From contig OX597819.1 in NCBI GenBank assembly GCA_951406725.2, positions 57,040,001 through 57,104,000 on the forward strand: 64,000 nt of DNA, in the 5' to 3' direction. Each line of letters begins with the position of its first letter. Position 1 is the first letter of the stretch. The notes under the pieces are model-generated. The model was given only the letters and a program-made list of their open reading frames with translations. It was not told the DNA's origin and did not search any database. Below are positions 1-14,109 of this stretch, piece after piece. This stretch comes from Octopus vulgaris (taxonomy: Eukaryota). The position numbers were made by a program, and so were the translations under genes.

Positions 1-781
1 TCAAGCACTATTTTTACCAATGAAATTTCTATTCGCTACGATTCTAAACTTTTGTATACCAGAGACTAAATTACTCAACGCAACTATTAATTTCGCACTT
101 CATCTTCGAAAAAGACACTTGAACGAAATGCGAGAATTATTTGGCAGCTATTTTAGGAGTTCGAGTAACCATCTAAACGATCCCTCGCAGGCTCGGTTTT
201 TGCGATTATGTTTTTGGTAGACGTAGAAAAGGTACGTAGTACAATCATTTCTTAATTCATTAAGATATGTATGTAGTACAAATCACTCTTAACGTTTCAC
301 AAACCATGACATTTTGTACCTGATAGATCTAAATGCAGAACACCGCAGTAAAATATGATATATTCATAATGACTACAACGCTTAATATCTCACATCACCA
401 AGGTGAAGGACAACCTAGTCCTAAACTACATCGATACCTTCAATAAGAAATTCGAATCAACTAAGGAAGTCACAGTGAGATCATATAACATATTATGAAT
501 AATATGTTATATTATGAATGAAACCCCCATACAGTATTCAGATTGTTGAGAGAATGTTATGCTATATACTGAGTGTCTGAAGAAAATGATTCAGAATGGT
601 TTAAATTGACATTTAATCAATCAGCGATATGCAAGGGGCAAATAGTGTATAACAAGAATATCATTAAATCTTCGCTAATAAACTGTTCCTCTACCAGTTT
701 ATTAGTGAAGATTTAGATATTTTTTCATCTAGAATGCTAAACGGTTTCAAATAGTAATTGTAATACTCTCTCTCTCTCTCT

Positions 782-1017
782 CTTTTACTCTTTTTGCTTG
801 TTTCAGTCATTTGACTGCGGCGATGCTAGAGCACCGCCTTTTAGTCGAGCAAATCGACCCCAGGACTTGTTCTTTGTAAGCCTAGTACTTATTCTATCCG
901 TGTCTTAGGCCGAACCGCTAAGTTACTGGGACGTAAACACACCAGCATCGGTTGTCCAGCGATGTTGGCGGACAAACACAGACACACAAACACACACACA
1001 ATAACACACACACACGT

Positions 1018-1095
<78 letters not shown>

Positions 1096-1256
1096 GACGA
1101 GCTTCTTTCAGTTTCTGTCTACCAAATCCACTCACAAGGCATTGGTCGGCCCGAGGCTATAGTAGAAGACACTTGTCCAAGGTGCCACGCAGTGGGAATG
1201 AATCCGGAACCATGTGGTTGGTAAGCAAGGTACTTACCACACAGCCACACCTGCTC
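782..1256 (-). mobile_element. tRNA-derived CORE-type SINE (octopus OR2-like), full length, with internal (TA)/(CA) microsatellite
   Basis: Reverse strand shows A-box TGGCTGTGTGGTAAG, B-box-like GGTTCCGGATTC, a CORE-like CCTTGGACAAGTG and a GTAAAAGA tail; about 12 related copies in the window. Confidence 0.85.
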
Positions 1257-3137
1257 AAATAGAACAGATTTGTAATGAATCTACCTCCACTATATTTGAG
1301 ATTCATTCAAATTTCATTATTTTTGGTACTATTATGGTTAACCTTAAGAAAAATAATTCTAGCTGAGAATAAAATACACAGAAAACACTTCCTAAATTCT
1401 TTTAATGCATCGATAATATTAAATTATTGTTTAACTAATTGCTATCAAATAACAATTTACATACGTATTTACGTATGTATGTATGTTATGTATGTATGTA
1501 TTTTTGAAAACCTACAAGTACAAATATGCGCATATTTTGATGGAGTTCTGTGCTTGTTTATATACATATTAATAGTGGGTGTGAGTGTGTGAGTGTATGT
1601 AAGCGTGAATCAATGTATACGTAAATATATACATATATATGTGTGTGTTTGTGTATTGTATTTGCTTTGTGAGTTAGTGTTTTTGCTGTGTGGGTATGCG
1701 TGTGCGTGTGTACCTAGATGGGTGATATATCTATAGATATGCATACAGTTATATCACAAAATTAGATAATTGCGCCATTAGCAAAGCATACAATAAGTAT
1801 ACATTTAATGTATAATTAAATTATATAATGTTAAGTTTAACGGTGATAACGTACTTTTGACGATGCTGAGTATGCATATATATATATGTATATATGTATA
1901 TGTATATATATATATGTTACAATATGGTTTCGATTAGTTCGGCTAAAATTCATTCAGGCGGTGCCCCTGCATGGCCGCACCAGAACTTTCTGGCAGATAT
2001 CAATAAAACCCTCAATATTAAAAGAATTTTGTTAAATGTTTATCCATATGTGTGTATATAATATACATATAACGCGTACACATATATGCGCATAGATGTA
2101 TATATAGACTCATACAAGCTAATGCCAACTAATTTACATACATGCATGCATGCATGTATACACGCGCATACACACAAACACAGACATACACACACACACA
2201 TATATATATATATATGTATATGTATATATACATACATACATACATATATATATATATTTATATACATCATACATACATACATACATATATATATATATAC
2301 ACGTATGTAGGTATATATATATATGCATACACATAATTGCATCTCAGCAATTATACATTTTATCACGATCTTCCTCCCTCGCTAATACCATGCGCACTCG
2401 CATAGACTCTGATACATACACATATATCCGTCAACCTTCCTGCTTGGCTCCTCCCCATTAGAATGGCAATCTTATATGGCGTATAACCGTTCATTTTTTA
2501 CAACTTTCTTTTCTTCAAACTCTTTTATCAAGACAACTTTATGTTTCAGTCTCATACTTTGCCTCTCCACCATTTCGTTTTCCATCATATCCTCTCTTTA
2601 TGTCCTTTTGTTTCCTATCTGAAGACTGGCCCACACGAAGGCTTTCCATAGTTAATCATTCAACTAATAATATATTTATCGTATATCGTACATCATTCTT
2701 TTCCTGATTTTCTTTCTGTGCTGATTTTCACTTCATATCAAGCTAATCTTTGTAACCAACATAACCTGGATGCCTTCTTAATACAGCGATTATTGCATTA
2801 TTCGCCTTGAGAGATCTTATCATATCAGCGCTTTGTTCATAACAGCTCACAAATAGGTCGTAACATACAAAATTCGTATGTCATGTGCTCCGTAGCTCAC
2901 ATATGTCAAAATTTCAACTTATCGGACGTTCTTAGTGGCAAGCACCGATCACTTCATGCCAGTCAAATCTCGCTACTGTGTTATATACAATTTCAGCATC
3001 TTTTCAAGCGGTAATTGTCTCAAACAACGACCAGGCTAAGTCTAATTGACCAATATCGAGGCATATGGGAATTACGGCGCCTATTACAGACAAATCTCTT
3101 TTGTTATGATGTATGTGTGTGTTTTATGTACCAAGTG

Positions 3138-3540
3138 CCTATATAAAAGGATTTCTCAACGCTAATAATAGTTGTCTGTGTATGGCAGGTTTGGTAGCCT
3201 TCAATCAACACTATCTCCTCCGAGACCCTGCCGCACAAGTTGACCAAAATTGAGAGTATGATAGAAGAAGGCTTGCTCTTCCTTCCGTAGAAGAAAAAAT
3301 TCAAATCGGACTACGTTAACACCATAAATTACTTGCATCGAAAACGTGCTTTTTTTCTATGGAAATACCTATTTTTTACGATTTTTTGACTGGTGTGTCG
3401 CCATTTTTCGGTGTATTTCAACCAGAAAAACGTTCACTTAAAGAGAATAACAAGCTAAATAATGCAAAGTTTTTACTTTTCAAAAATTCCAATTCTAAAG
3501 GGTCGAAATAAATCCGAGCAACGCCGGGTGATACTGCTTG
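3138..3540 (+). mobile_element. Non-autonomous Helitron-like element
   Basis: Starts CCTATATAAAA; 3' GC hairpin CCGAGC-AAC-GCCGG (3514-3527) about 10 nt before CTTG followed by T (one change from the Helitron CTAG end). Confidence 0.6.
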
Positions 3541-4262
3541 TGTATATATATATATTTACAGGAATGCGAATATTCATCGAGATCTTTTCCATTCAGTAAG
3601 CAGTGTTTGCTTTTGTTGCATATTTTAATATCTAGTAAAGGTTCGCGCAACCTATTCCTTCTGCATATCCTTCTGCCTGTGGTGTACAAGTTCAGCTTTC
3701 GGATCACTTACGAACGCAATATTAATTGTTAAATGATGCCTAAATATCATTTACTTTTATAGTCATGTCACACTGTTCCTTTGGTCTCCTATGGTGCACT
3801 GTAGAGTCTATTTCATATCCATTTCACAGTAATACTGATGATATATAATGCCGATAATATTCCTGCAGATCTTAAACAATTTATACTGCGTACTATTGAG
3901 ATATGATTTAAAATTTATTTATTCACAGAAATCAGAAGGGTTTGCTCTTTCTTTCTTATTAAAAAAAAATGACAAATATTCTTTTCGAATCGGAAAGATT
4001 TTGGAATCAGCTGGAGTTTTCTAAATGAGAAAGTTTATGAAGATTATGCGAGGCAAGAAGAGAAAGGCAACATTTTAAATTACAAAAGAGAAAGAGAGAG
4101 TGACACTGACAAGTAGAGGAGAGAGAGTGAGATAGAGAGAGAGAGACTGACAAGCAGAGGAGAGAGAGTTATAGAAAGAGTCAGAGAGTTAGAAAGAGAG
4201 ACGCTGAAACAGATACAGAAAAAGAAAGTGAGGTAGGATGCTGAGGTGATTAAATTTCTCTT

Positions 4263-4744
4263 TAAGGCGGCGAGCTGGCAGAAACGTTAGCACGCCGGGT
4301 GAAATGCTCAGCAGTATTTCGTCTGTCGCTACGTTCTGAGTTCAAATTCCACCGAGGTAGACTTTGCCTTTCATCCTTTCGGGGTCGATTACATAACTGC
4401 CATTTACGCACTGGGGTCGATATAATCGACTTAATCCCTTTGTCTCTCCGTGTTTCTCCCCTCTTTGTTTAGACTCTTGTGGGCAATAAAGAAATAAGAA
4501 ACGTTAGCACGTCTGTCTTTACGTTCTGAATTCAAATTCCGCCAAGGTCGCCTTTGCTTTTACTCTTTTCAGGGTCGATAAATTAAGTACCAGTTGTGTA
4601 CTGGGGTCGATCTAATCAACTGGCCTCCACCCCCAAAATTTCGATGCCTTGTGCCTATAGTAGAAGAGATTTTTCCGGGCATAGACGGATCTAATCAACT
4701 GGCCCCACCCACAAAATTTCGGGCCTTGTGCCTTGAGTAGAACA
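4263..4744 (+). mobile_element. Nin/Deu-domain tRNA SINE, dimeric/chimeric, with TSD
   Basis: GGCGGCGAGCTGGCAGAA head, GAGTTCAAATTCC B box, GCCTTTCATCCTTTCGGGGTCGAT Nin-like core present twice; TSD GATTAAATTTCTCTT (4248-4262) / GATTTAATTTCTCTT (4745-4759). Confidence 0.85.
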
Positions 4745-5225
4745 GATTTAATTTCTCTTGGTTTTTTTGGGGCATAGACGAAGTTTGCGACATTCCCTAT
4801 TGTTATTGGAATTCAAATGTTAGTGGAATTGGTTTCTGGTTTTTAACACTTTTACTTATTAGTTTCGGTTGTAGCCATATTTCCTGCGTGTAATAAGCGA
4901 GTGAATAGTACATTCAGTTTATTCATGCTTCTGCAAGATATATCTTTCAAGTTTGGCTGCGTTGCAGCTTCCGGCAGATACTTATGAAAACATTAAATGA
5001 TGGCTGGAAGCTTGTAAATTTTACAACTAACATTTTTATTGTCTTCATGGATGGATACAAATGGAATGTCATTATCATTATGATTAATACTAATATACAA
5101 ATAAATGAAGAATCTGGAGAACCAGATTAAATTTATTCAATATTCTAACACATTCTCTCATTTTCTCTCACATTCTCTTAGTTTCTACCCTCTGGATAAA
5201 AAAAAGTATTTGGTAAAGCATCGTG

Positions 5226-5299
<74 letters not shown>

Positions 5300-5715
5300 G
5301 TTTCTCTCCTCTCGATACTCTCTCTTTGCTGCTTTCCTACCTTCTCTCATTAGATTCCTCATATTTTGAAAACTATTCCATCAAAACACTATTCTGATTA
5401 TATAGAAAAATATTTCTGATTTCAAATGTGATATCCGTAAAAAATACATTTAAAAGAATTAAATTCAATATTACTCCGATGGGATAATTTTAGAGCAAAA
5501 TAGGGAGATGTAATTGGGATATTATTAACAGAATACCCAAGAATTCTAGATGAAATAAATTAAGAATTCTGTATATAACTGGTATGTTGGAATATTATTT
5601 CAATTACTAGTTGTACAAGGAAGTAGGTATATCTTGATATGAAAGAGATTCCTCGCCCACAAAAAGAAAACATACGCATATATGTATGCATGTATATATA
5701 TATGTATGTATGTAA

Positions 5716-5771
<56 letters not shown>

Positions 5772-6107
5772 GCACATGTATATATGTGTGTGTGTGTGTG
5801 TCTCTTTTGGTATGTATGTACATAATTATACATGTAAGTATGTGCAATCAGTCTCCAAATGCATATCTTTAACTACAATTTAAATAATATTTTAAAATAT
5901 GCATCGAAATTTCTTAAGCCGGATAAAATGTTATGAAATCAAAATACTATCCTAAAAATTCCATCTAATATTATATCCCAGTGCAACGAATATTTCGACA
6001 AAACAAAATTATAAATTGGAGCAGATTAAGTATGGATGTTTATATATATACATACACACACACGCGCATATATATATGGACAGATAGATAAACATACACA
6101 CAAACAC

Positions 6108-6150
<43 letters not shown>

Positions 6151-6722
6151 CACATTTGTTTGTGTGATTTGTATATATGCATATACTCATGTACACGCGA
6201 ATGGAAATAGTTGCTTATGGAAAAAGTTAAATGAAAGTCATGTAAATTTAAAATAATTTTTGTATTTAGACATTATGAAAATGCGTATCGATTTTTTGAA
6301 TACTTATCGATTTATTCAGCATTAGTGTACTTCGCTTAAAATGAGTGTTTCTCTCTAGGATAAGTTGTCTTTAAAGAATCACCTGGAAATATAGGTGTAC
6401 GAGATTCTCTATACATAATACACAAATGCATACACTTACGCATATGCACATCAACGTACACGCGTACAATCCTTTACATAAACGTGCACACAGACATATA
6501 TGTCTATATATTTTCACATGTACACTCATATACATATACACACATACACGCTAAGTTTAACGCTCAGATTTGCAGCGTTACAGAAAGTTGGTCTAGTCTG
6601 GATTTTTGAATTATTGTAAGAAACCATTGACTTCCACACTATTTACGTCTATAAATAGATAATATATATATATATATATATATACTACACATAATAAAAA
6701 TAATGGTAGTATATATATTATA

Positions 6723-7108
6723 GGCGCATGAGTGGTTGTGTGATAAGAAGCTTGTTTCCCAACCATATGGTTCCGAGTTCAGTCCCACTATGTGGTATAC
6801 TGGGCAGGGGACTTCTGCTATAGCCTCGGGCCGATCAAAGCCTTGTGAGTAGATTTGGTAGATGGAAACTGAGAGAATCCTATCGAGCATATATATATGT
6901 ATATTTCTGTGTGTCTGTGTTTGTGCTCCTCCATTGCTCGACAACCGATGTCTGTGTGTTTACGTCCCAATAAGCGGTTCGGCCCAAGACACCGACAGAA
7001 TATGTACTAGGATTACAAAATTAATAAGTGTCCTGGGGTTAATTTGTTCGACAAAAGGCAGTGCTCCAGCATGGCCGCAACCAAATGATTGAAACAAGTA
7101 AAGGAATA
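6723..7108 (+). mobile_element. CORE-type tRNA SINE
   Basis: Same family as 782-1256, complete head to tail. Confidence 0.85.
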
Positions 7109-7149
7109 CAATAATAAATATGCGTGTATGTGTATATTTATTATATGAA

Positions 7150-7512
7150 GACAGGCGTGACTGTGTGATAAAAAAGCTGTTTCACATCCACATGGTCCGG
7201 GTTCAGTCCCACTGCGTGGCATCTTAGGTGAGAGTTTTCAACTATAATCTCGGGACGACTATAGACTTGTGATATATATGTATACATCTATGTGTGTGTG
7301 CATTTTGAGTCTGTGTTTGCCCTCATCAGCGCTTGACAATCTGTCTTGGTGTGTTTGCGGCCCCGTAACTTACGGTTCAGCAAAAGAAAATGAGATAATA
7401 AATACTAGGTTTACAAAATAAATCCCGACATCGATTTGTTGGTTCCACCCACCTACCCCAAGATGCTGCTCCAGCACGGTCGCAGTCAAATGACTGAAAT
7501 AAGAAAAAGAGT
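7150..7512 (+). mobile_element. CORE-type tRNA SINE (diverged)
   Basis: Head, CORE-like segment and GCAGTCAAATGACTGAAA tail recognisable. Confidence 0.8.
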
Positions 7513-7536
7513 ATGTACTTGTGTGTGTGTGTGTGT

Positions 7537-7567
<31 letters not shown>

Positions 7568-7584
7568 CGTGCTTGTGTGTGCAT

Positions 7585-9405
7585 GGCCTTTTGGCTATTC
7601 GAGTTCGTAGACTCCTGGACCGCGGTAGTGTACTGTGTTCGTGATGAGTAGTAAGTGTAGTAAGTGCCTGTGTAGAAAGTAACTTGCTAACCTATTTCCC
7701 ATGAGTCTCAGTTATCAGTGTGCGCATATGTCATTGTGTTGTGTACTGAAGAAGATAGCCGGCAGTGTTTAGCCTGCCAAAAGAAGTTGCTGCAAGGTAA
7801 GACTGTTCTCTTGGACCCAGTGAGGGTCGTTATTTGTGCTTATATGTTTTACAAACTGGGAATCCTCACTGGATTCAAGATGTTGGTCTACATGCGGTTC
7901 AGCGATATGGTTCATAGTAAATGAAAATCTTTTTCTAATTGTGAGATGTACAGTTTGGTGGGCATATCCTTCAACCAAGAGTTGTTCACTTTCTAACAGA
8001 GTATGTTTTTACAACAACATTAGCATTATTGGAAAACTGCATTTTAAGTGTTCACATGAAGTAAAAATGTTTTCTCATTATGAGAAATATTGGTTGGTGA
8101 CGTATTCTGACACCAAAAGTCGTTTGCTGTTTGTAAATAGTGTGCATTGTGCAACTACGTTGGAGAGCTGTATTTCAAGTGGAGCAGTCAAGGTTCTAAT
8201 CGGAGTACAATAGGGCTTGGAGTACTTGAATGCCTAGAATATTTTTTGCTGTGTTTTGTTGAACAGTTGTTTTCGTTATCTATTGTGACCTTCTTACTGA
8301 ACCGTTTGCTTTCTTTTCTTCTTCCATTTTGTTTCCTTTTGATTTCTCTTTTCTTTTTGAAATTTGTGAACTATTGTTTTAGACTTTTTACTTTTTAATT
8401 TAAAACATGGCAAAAAATACGGATAAGATTGTAGAGTGGGAGATTGTCCCACATAAGGGATGACTCAGACAACAAGAGGAGAGGACGGTGGTATTGAGAA
8501 AGTATTCGAAGGTTCTCGACAACATTGCCGTCTTCTCTAAGCAGATGATTGAGCAGAAGTTGGCGGAACAGAAGCAGCGGAGCCTGGCTCTTCAATGGGA
8601 AAATTCTTCCTGTGGCTGATTGGGTTGGGTCAAAAGCTGTTTGGACCCTGTGGACCCAATCAGCAATCTGGTTATGCCAGATTTTTTGAAAATGGCCGCA
8701 TGCAGGTACCTGGAGATTCTTGAGGGTTGCTCCCAGGTGTCATTGGTGCCTGGAGCTCATGACGTGATGTTAAATGGCCTGACGTCTAATGACGTTAAAT
8801 GGAATGTCACATCACGTCATGGAATGTCACGTCACTTCACGTCAAGGAATAGAATGGAATGGAATGTCACGTCACTTCACGTCAAGGAATAGAATGGAAT
8901 GGAATGTCACGTCACGTCACAGCATGTCAGGAAAGTCATGTGTGGAATATCTGGAATACCTGGAATGTCCGAAATGTCTGGAATGTCTGGAATAAATGGA
9001 ACGTCTGGAATGCCTGGAATGTCTGGAATGTCAAGAATGTCAGGAATGTCTGCAATGTCATGTCTGGACTGTTTAAAATATCTGGAATGGAATGGAATGG
9101 AATGGAATGTCACGTCACGGAATGTCTAGAATGTCTGGAACGTCTGAAGTTCCTGGAATGTCTGCAATGTCTGAAATGCCTGGAATATCTGGAATATCTG
9201 GAATGTCTGGAATGTCTGAATGTCCAGGAACCTTGCCTGTAGGGATTGTGCCCCCGGGAAGAGAAGAGACACTGTTGGGGGAAATATGCCGCAGTTGATA
9301 GAATTGACTACCTCGAACTTTAACTTTCACACAGCATGCCGAATGGCTGTGGAGGTCATAATATTGCCCGTGACGTATAGGCTGCGGGGACTCAATGAGG
9401 AATAT
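7585..9405 (-). mobile_element. Probable decayed LINE ORF1-like region containing a minisatellite
   Basis: GC-richer block with broken minus-strand frames; one frame reads PACGHFQKIWHNQIAD, a degenerate CX2CX4HX4C knuckle spacing; family not identified. Confidence 0.3.
8790..9230 (+). repeat. Minisatellite of GGAATGTCT 9-mers with GGAAT pentamers and CACGT units
   Basis: Directly visible tandem units; the minus strand translates to DIP repeats. Confidence 0.9.
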
Positions 9406-9520
9406 CGCTTGTGTGTTTGTTGCCCCACCATCGCTTGACAACCGATGTTGAAGAGTTTACGTCCCCGTAATCCAGCGTTTCGGCAAGAGTCACCGATAGG
9501 ATTAGTCCTAGGCTTACACA
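9405..9520 (+). mobile_element. CORE-type SINE 3'-half fragment
   Basis: CATCGCTTGACAACCGATG...CGTCCCCGTAA matches the other copies. Confidence 0.7.
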
Positions 9521-9877
9521 TGTCAAATGTGGTAAAATTTGAAACCATTATTCATAGATGTGTCGATACTGGAGTGCACGTGGAATAGCTGTATTATATT
9601 ATGCCTGTAGATTGCTTTGTAAATTATTTTAGAGATCGTATCATATCACATAGTTAGCTAATAAATTGTGGATACCTATGGACGTGAGTGATACCTTCCC
9701 CTATAGTATATTACAATTTATATCTCTTATCAGAACGAGTAAAGTTAATAGCACCTTTAACTCTCTTTTCTGCTATTTAGAAATTATCTCTTTTTCGTGA
9801 ATTACGAATAACGTGTATATCTAATAGGCCCGAAATAATTATTCTTCCTGTTTTGTGGTTAATATTTCAAAGCTTGC

Positions 9878-10068
9878 ATTTCGTCTCGCTTTACGTTCTG
9901 AATTCATTCCGCCTGTCTTTACGTTCTGAGTTCAAATTCCGCGGTTGTTGACATTGCCTTTCATCCTTCCGGGGTCGATAAATTAAGTACCACTTACGTA
10001 CTGGAGTCAATGTAATCGACTGCCCCCACCTCCTCAAAAATTTCGGACCTTGTGCTTAGAGTAGAAGA
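9878..10068 (+). mobile_element. Nin/Deu SINE, 5'-truncated
   Basis: B box, GCCTTTCATCCTTCCGGGGTCGATAAATTAAGTACC core and the second tail type (AAAATTTCGGACCTTGTG). Confidence 0.8.
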
Positions 10069-10379
10069 TAATATTTTTAAGCTTACAGAATATGTTAATA
10101 ATGCATAATTTTCTTGTGATATGAAAAGTGTTTCTCTAAATTTATGTTTAAGTAGGTTAGTCCAGCTAGCCTTGGTTCGTAAAGAACAGCTGTACACTAA
10201 AAATTCAAAGTCTGTTTGTGCAAATCATAAGTCACTACCTCCATCTTTAATTTAACGCAGATCCTCTCATTGTCAGTAAATATATATGATACCAGCGTAA
10301 ACTAGATTCTTTATAGTTTTGTGGATCCCTGCAGTTGTGTAAATGCTGATACAAGCATATACATTATAAAAGCAATATC

Positions 10380-11060
10380 GGCAATAGTCTTAATGAATGT
10401 ATATAGTTCTAACGTACATATCTGCTGAGTCAACGAACATTTTTTTGTCTCTCTAACTTTACTTACAGCAGAAATGTTTCGGGTGTCTCTATGTCACCAA
10501 ATCTGTTTATAGCACTCATCACTGGAAATGAAGGAAATAGAGATCCATATCTCTTATCCAATCAACTAAGTTTCAATGATAGCTAACCAAATGTGAACAC
10601 TCATTCAGTGCAAAATACATTCCAATATCCTTTAACAACGTGCCTAATTTCTAAACTATGGTGTCATGTATAAATCCTTGAAGTTATCGGCTTGAGTTAA
10701 TTGACCAACAATGGCGTAAGTGACATTTTCTCTTGTCTGCAGATCTTAATACATAGACTTTTAAATCATTCATGAGGACTAACAAAGTTTTCACCAGGTT
10801 GTAAAACATTACAGATAACTGCTCCAGTAGTTATCGACAACGGTGTAAAATATGCTGTTGTCAGTCTAAAAAATAGGAAATCTTGTTGATCATTTCTTGA
10901 TTTTTTCGATAAGCTTCCTGTGTTTGCTGTATAAATGTTTGGTTGTGGAGTATTGTAGTGAGATCCAGTATTTAATTAAATATGAGAATATAGAAGGGTT
11001 TTCTATTGAATATGGATATGATGGATATGCAGCAGACATAATAGAGTACCGTACTTTGTA
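10380..11060 (-). pseudogene. Decayed reverse transcriptase of an R4/Dong-like non-LTR element
   Basis: Minus frames give LVLMNDLKVY (cf. FMDDLKLY) then KDIGMYFALNEC (cf. DIGMxFGLDKC) in the expected order; boundaries approximate. Confidence 0.5.
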
Positions 11061-11377
11061 ATTCAGTCTACTACAAAAATATACTGGATAGTTGTAGAGT
11101 TGCGTAGCATTTTAATTGGGTAGCATTTTATTAGCTCAAATATGGGCAAATCAATACTAACCAAGAGCATCTTATCACTCTGTATTTTATGGCTTGCATG
11201 GTCCTGTAAATTCTATATTGAAGCAGTCATAAATTTTAGGGAGATTTGACTGGTAATTCTACCAATTCGAAAAGCCTACTTTGGTAAGTTAGTGAGACAG
11301 TATACAAATGGTGCTGTGTGCTAAGCAGGTTAATATATTTCTTATACTTAAAAACTTAAAGACACACACACACACAC

Positions 11378-11422
<45 letters not shown>

Positions 11423-12499
11423 AACACACAAGCATACATATATATTTCGTTTTGGGTTCAACATTGAAATATTTACATATCAATTGTTTTGTTCGTATAT
11501 TTTCAATCCGCTCCGAGCGATGAGTAGAACTGTATGCAAGTAGGAAAAATCCGGAAACAAATTGACATGCTGAAGGTAGAGGCATTTGTTAACGTTTTCC
11601 CTTAAGCAAAATTAGAATTAATCCAGTTCTTTTCTCCTTATTTCACTTACGACAGTATCATATATTATATATTACACAGGTTTACAGAATTTATGTACGG
11701 AAATTTTTCTGCTGATTAGACAAATGTTTCTGAAGCACTTTGCGAACTGAATTCAGATATTTTATTCGTTTTTATCAATCACACCAAGGGCTATGTATAC
11801 ACACGACCTTATTTTTCTCAATAAATGTAGTTTTCCTTGATTTTATTCCATGAACTGTCTTTGGAGCAGTGAGCCAAATTGGAAAAAATTATTCATTATC
11901 ACCCTTCTCTTGCATAATGTATTGTAAAATTATGAATATAGCTGATTTTATGCATAGATAGTTTAACTGCGGCAAGGTTTTTGGTCAGGAACGGGGATCT
12001 CTTCCGCATACGATTTTAAAAATGAAAAAGGAGTCTTAGGGTGGTTTTATTCTATTGATGCAGAATCTTAATCACAACAACAATTGTAAATTATATGCAT
12101 ATAACATGATATCTCTAAAAAACATCGCATTTCATTATATAGGAAAAAATCTGTTTCTTAAACATGGACTGTTCAGTTTTATACTCCAACTGTAATCAGC
12201 CATCATATTTACATCCCATTTCGTTTGATATCTCCTTTCTATTACCTTCATAGCTTAGTGAAATCTATATCCCTGTTCCTTACAGATGTCTCCCAAAATC
12301 TGTGGAAATTGATCTATATGACTAAACACTGAACATTTTGCATTCCAGAGAATAAAATGAGCGGAGCAAGTTTCAACTAGTTCCCTATAATTGGCCTCTT
12401 TGTTGTCCTCTAGAAAGTTTTTTTAGGGATAGCATATTATATTCTATAATTTGCAGATTTTGTTGTGTTTAAGATTTTGTATCAGTAAAATAGAACGCC

Positions 12500-12800
12500 C
12501 CTAGGAATTCATTGTATTTTGTATATTGTAGGCATAAAATACCCTCGCTTCTGGCCGAAATGTAACTATAATTAAACTATCTATGCATAAAATAAGCTAC
12601 ATTTCTAATTCCATCACATAATACGTGATGGCAGGCTGAAAATGAATCACTTTTCAGACTTTGGTCCACAGCTCCAAAGATAGACTAGGACATGAAATCA
12701 AGGAAAACCACATTTTTTTCTGAAAAGCCAAGGTAATGTGTTCACAAAGATCCTGACTGGATTGATGAAAATGAATAACATATTTGGTTACATCCCAGAA
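12500..12800 (+). pseudogene. RTE-like LINE remnant
   Basis: KDPDWIDEN (cf. RTE KHQDWFDEN) downstream of a degenerate endonuclease-end motif. Confidence 0.35.
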
Positions 12801-14109
12801 AAGTGCTTCAGAAAAACTTGTCTATTCAATTTAAATTCTATAGACCTGTATTATTAATATTTTACGTATTGCTGAAATAACGTGTACGAGTCACATATTT
12901 TCGTTATTATTTTTAAAAATCAGTAATCACCACTAAGGTTCATTTCCATATATCGATTTTGAACAAAAGCTATTTATTAAACACCTTCGGGCTTTGAGAA
13001 TTTAAGCGAAATTCACGTTCTTACTCAGATCCCGCAAACGAACCTGTCACAAAATCTGATTCTCTGACTAAAATTTCCTACCTATTGAATGTATTGCTCT
13101 CTCTTGTAGTGTACGTTTCTTATAGTACCTCCTGATTGAGGTTTCCGTCGACAAAGATCGATCTAATCCCCGTTCTGCAAGCTGTGCTTTGCGATCGAAC
13201 GCTTCGGTGTTTTGTTATCGACAAATGTACGTATGGAACAAATGACGTACGTTGGTTTGGCTGGAACACATAATTGAACAATTTGGTATAAGTGCTTCCC
13301 ATTGACTAATATGAGATTGCATTTAACTAGTATTTGGACAGTTAAGTGAAATTCATGTTTCCAAGTTCTTTCCTAATTAAATTAATTAAATTTCACAAAT
13401 ATGTACTGGCAAATATACGCAAATAAAGTACAGATAACTCTTTTAAATTTAATTTCTTAGTTTATCTTTTTTTATATTTTGTATTAGCACAATTTATTCC
13501 CATAAACCGAAAACAAAATTAAACATAAATGCCAAAATCGCGCGAAATTAAAATTACTTTATATGGAATATTTCTACTAAAAGCAAAAATAACATTGATC
13601 AATATGAAATATTGATCACTATGCAATATCAATAAGTAAAGTATTTTGTAATTTAATTGCTCAATATAAACGCTTTTAATCGTTGACTAAATTTGCAAAA
13701 ATACAATTTTTTGTTTGTTTATATAAACAACGGCATCTCCAATCAAAACGAGATGATTGAGATTGGGTTAGTTATATTCTTACTTTAAGAGAATTTGTTA
13801 CTTTGGTGATTTTGCAATTTTGGAATGAATGAAGAAAGAAACACTTCAGAATCTGATGCTTTAGAAATAATGTAATTATGTTTTTTCAGACATTTTCATT
13901 CGACGTTCTTCAGAATCATATTTGCATGTAGCCCAAGAAAGTTGCTACTCTGCCCCTACATTCATAGCACAAGTGGATGCATAAGTGTATAACGGGATAA
14001 GCTGTCTCTCCAAACTAGATTTAATTGAACAAAACTGATGGTCTTCTCTTTCATTTTTTATTATCATTATCTATTTTATATTCTATTATATTCAAAACAA
14101 AATAAAAGG

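Noticed and set aside
20-240. 66-aa ORF or transposon end at the window start
   Set aside because: No motif recognised and no partner terminus visible within the window
8790-9230. CRISPR-like repeat array
   Set aside because: No unique spacers, no cas genes, eukaryotic context; it is a minisatellite
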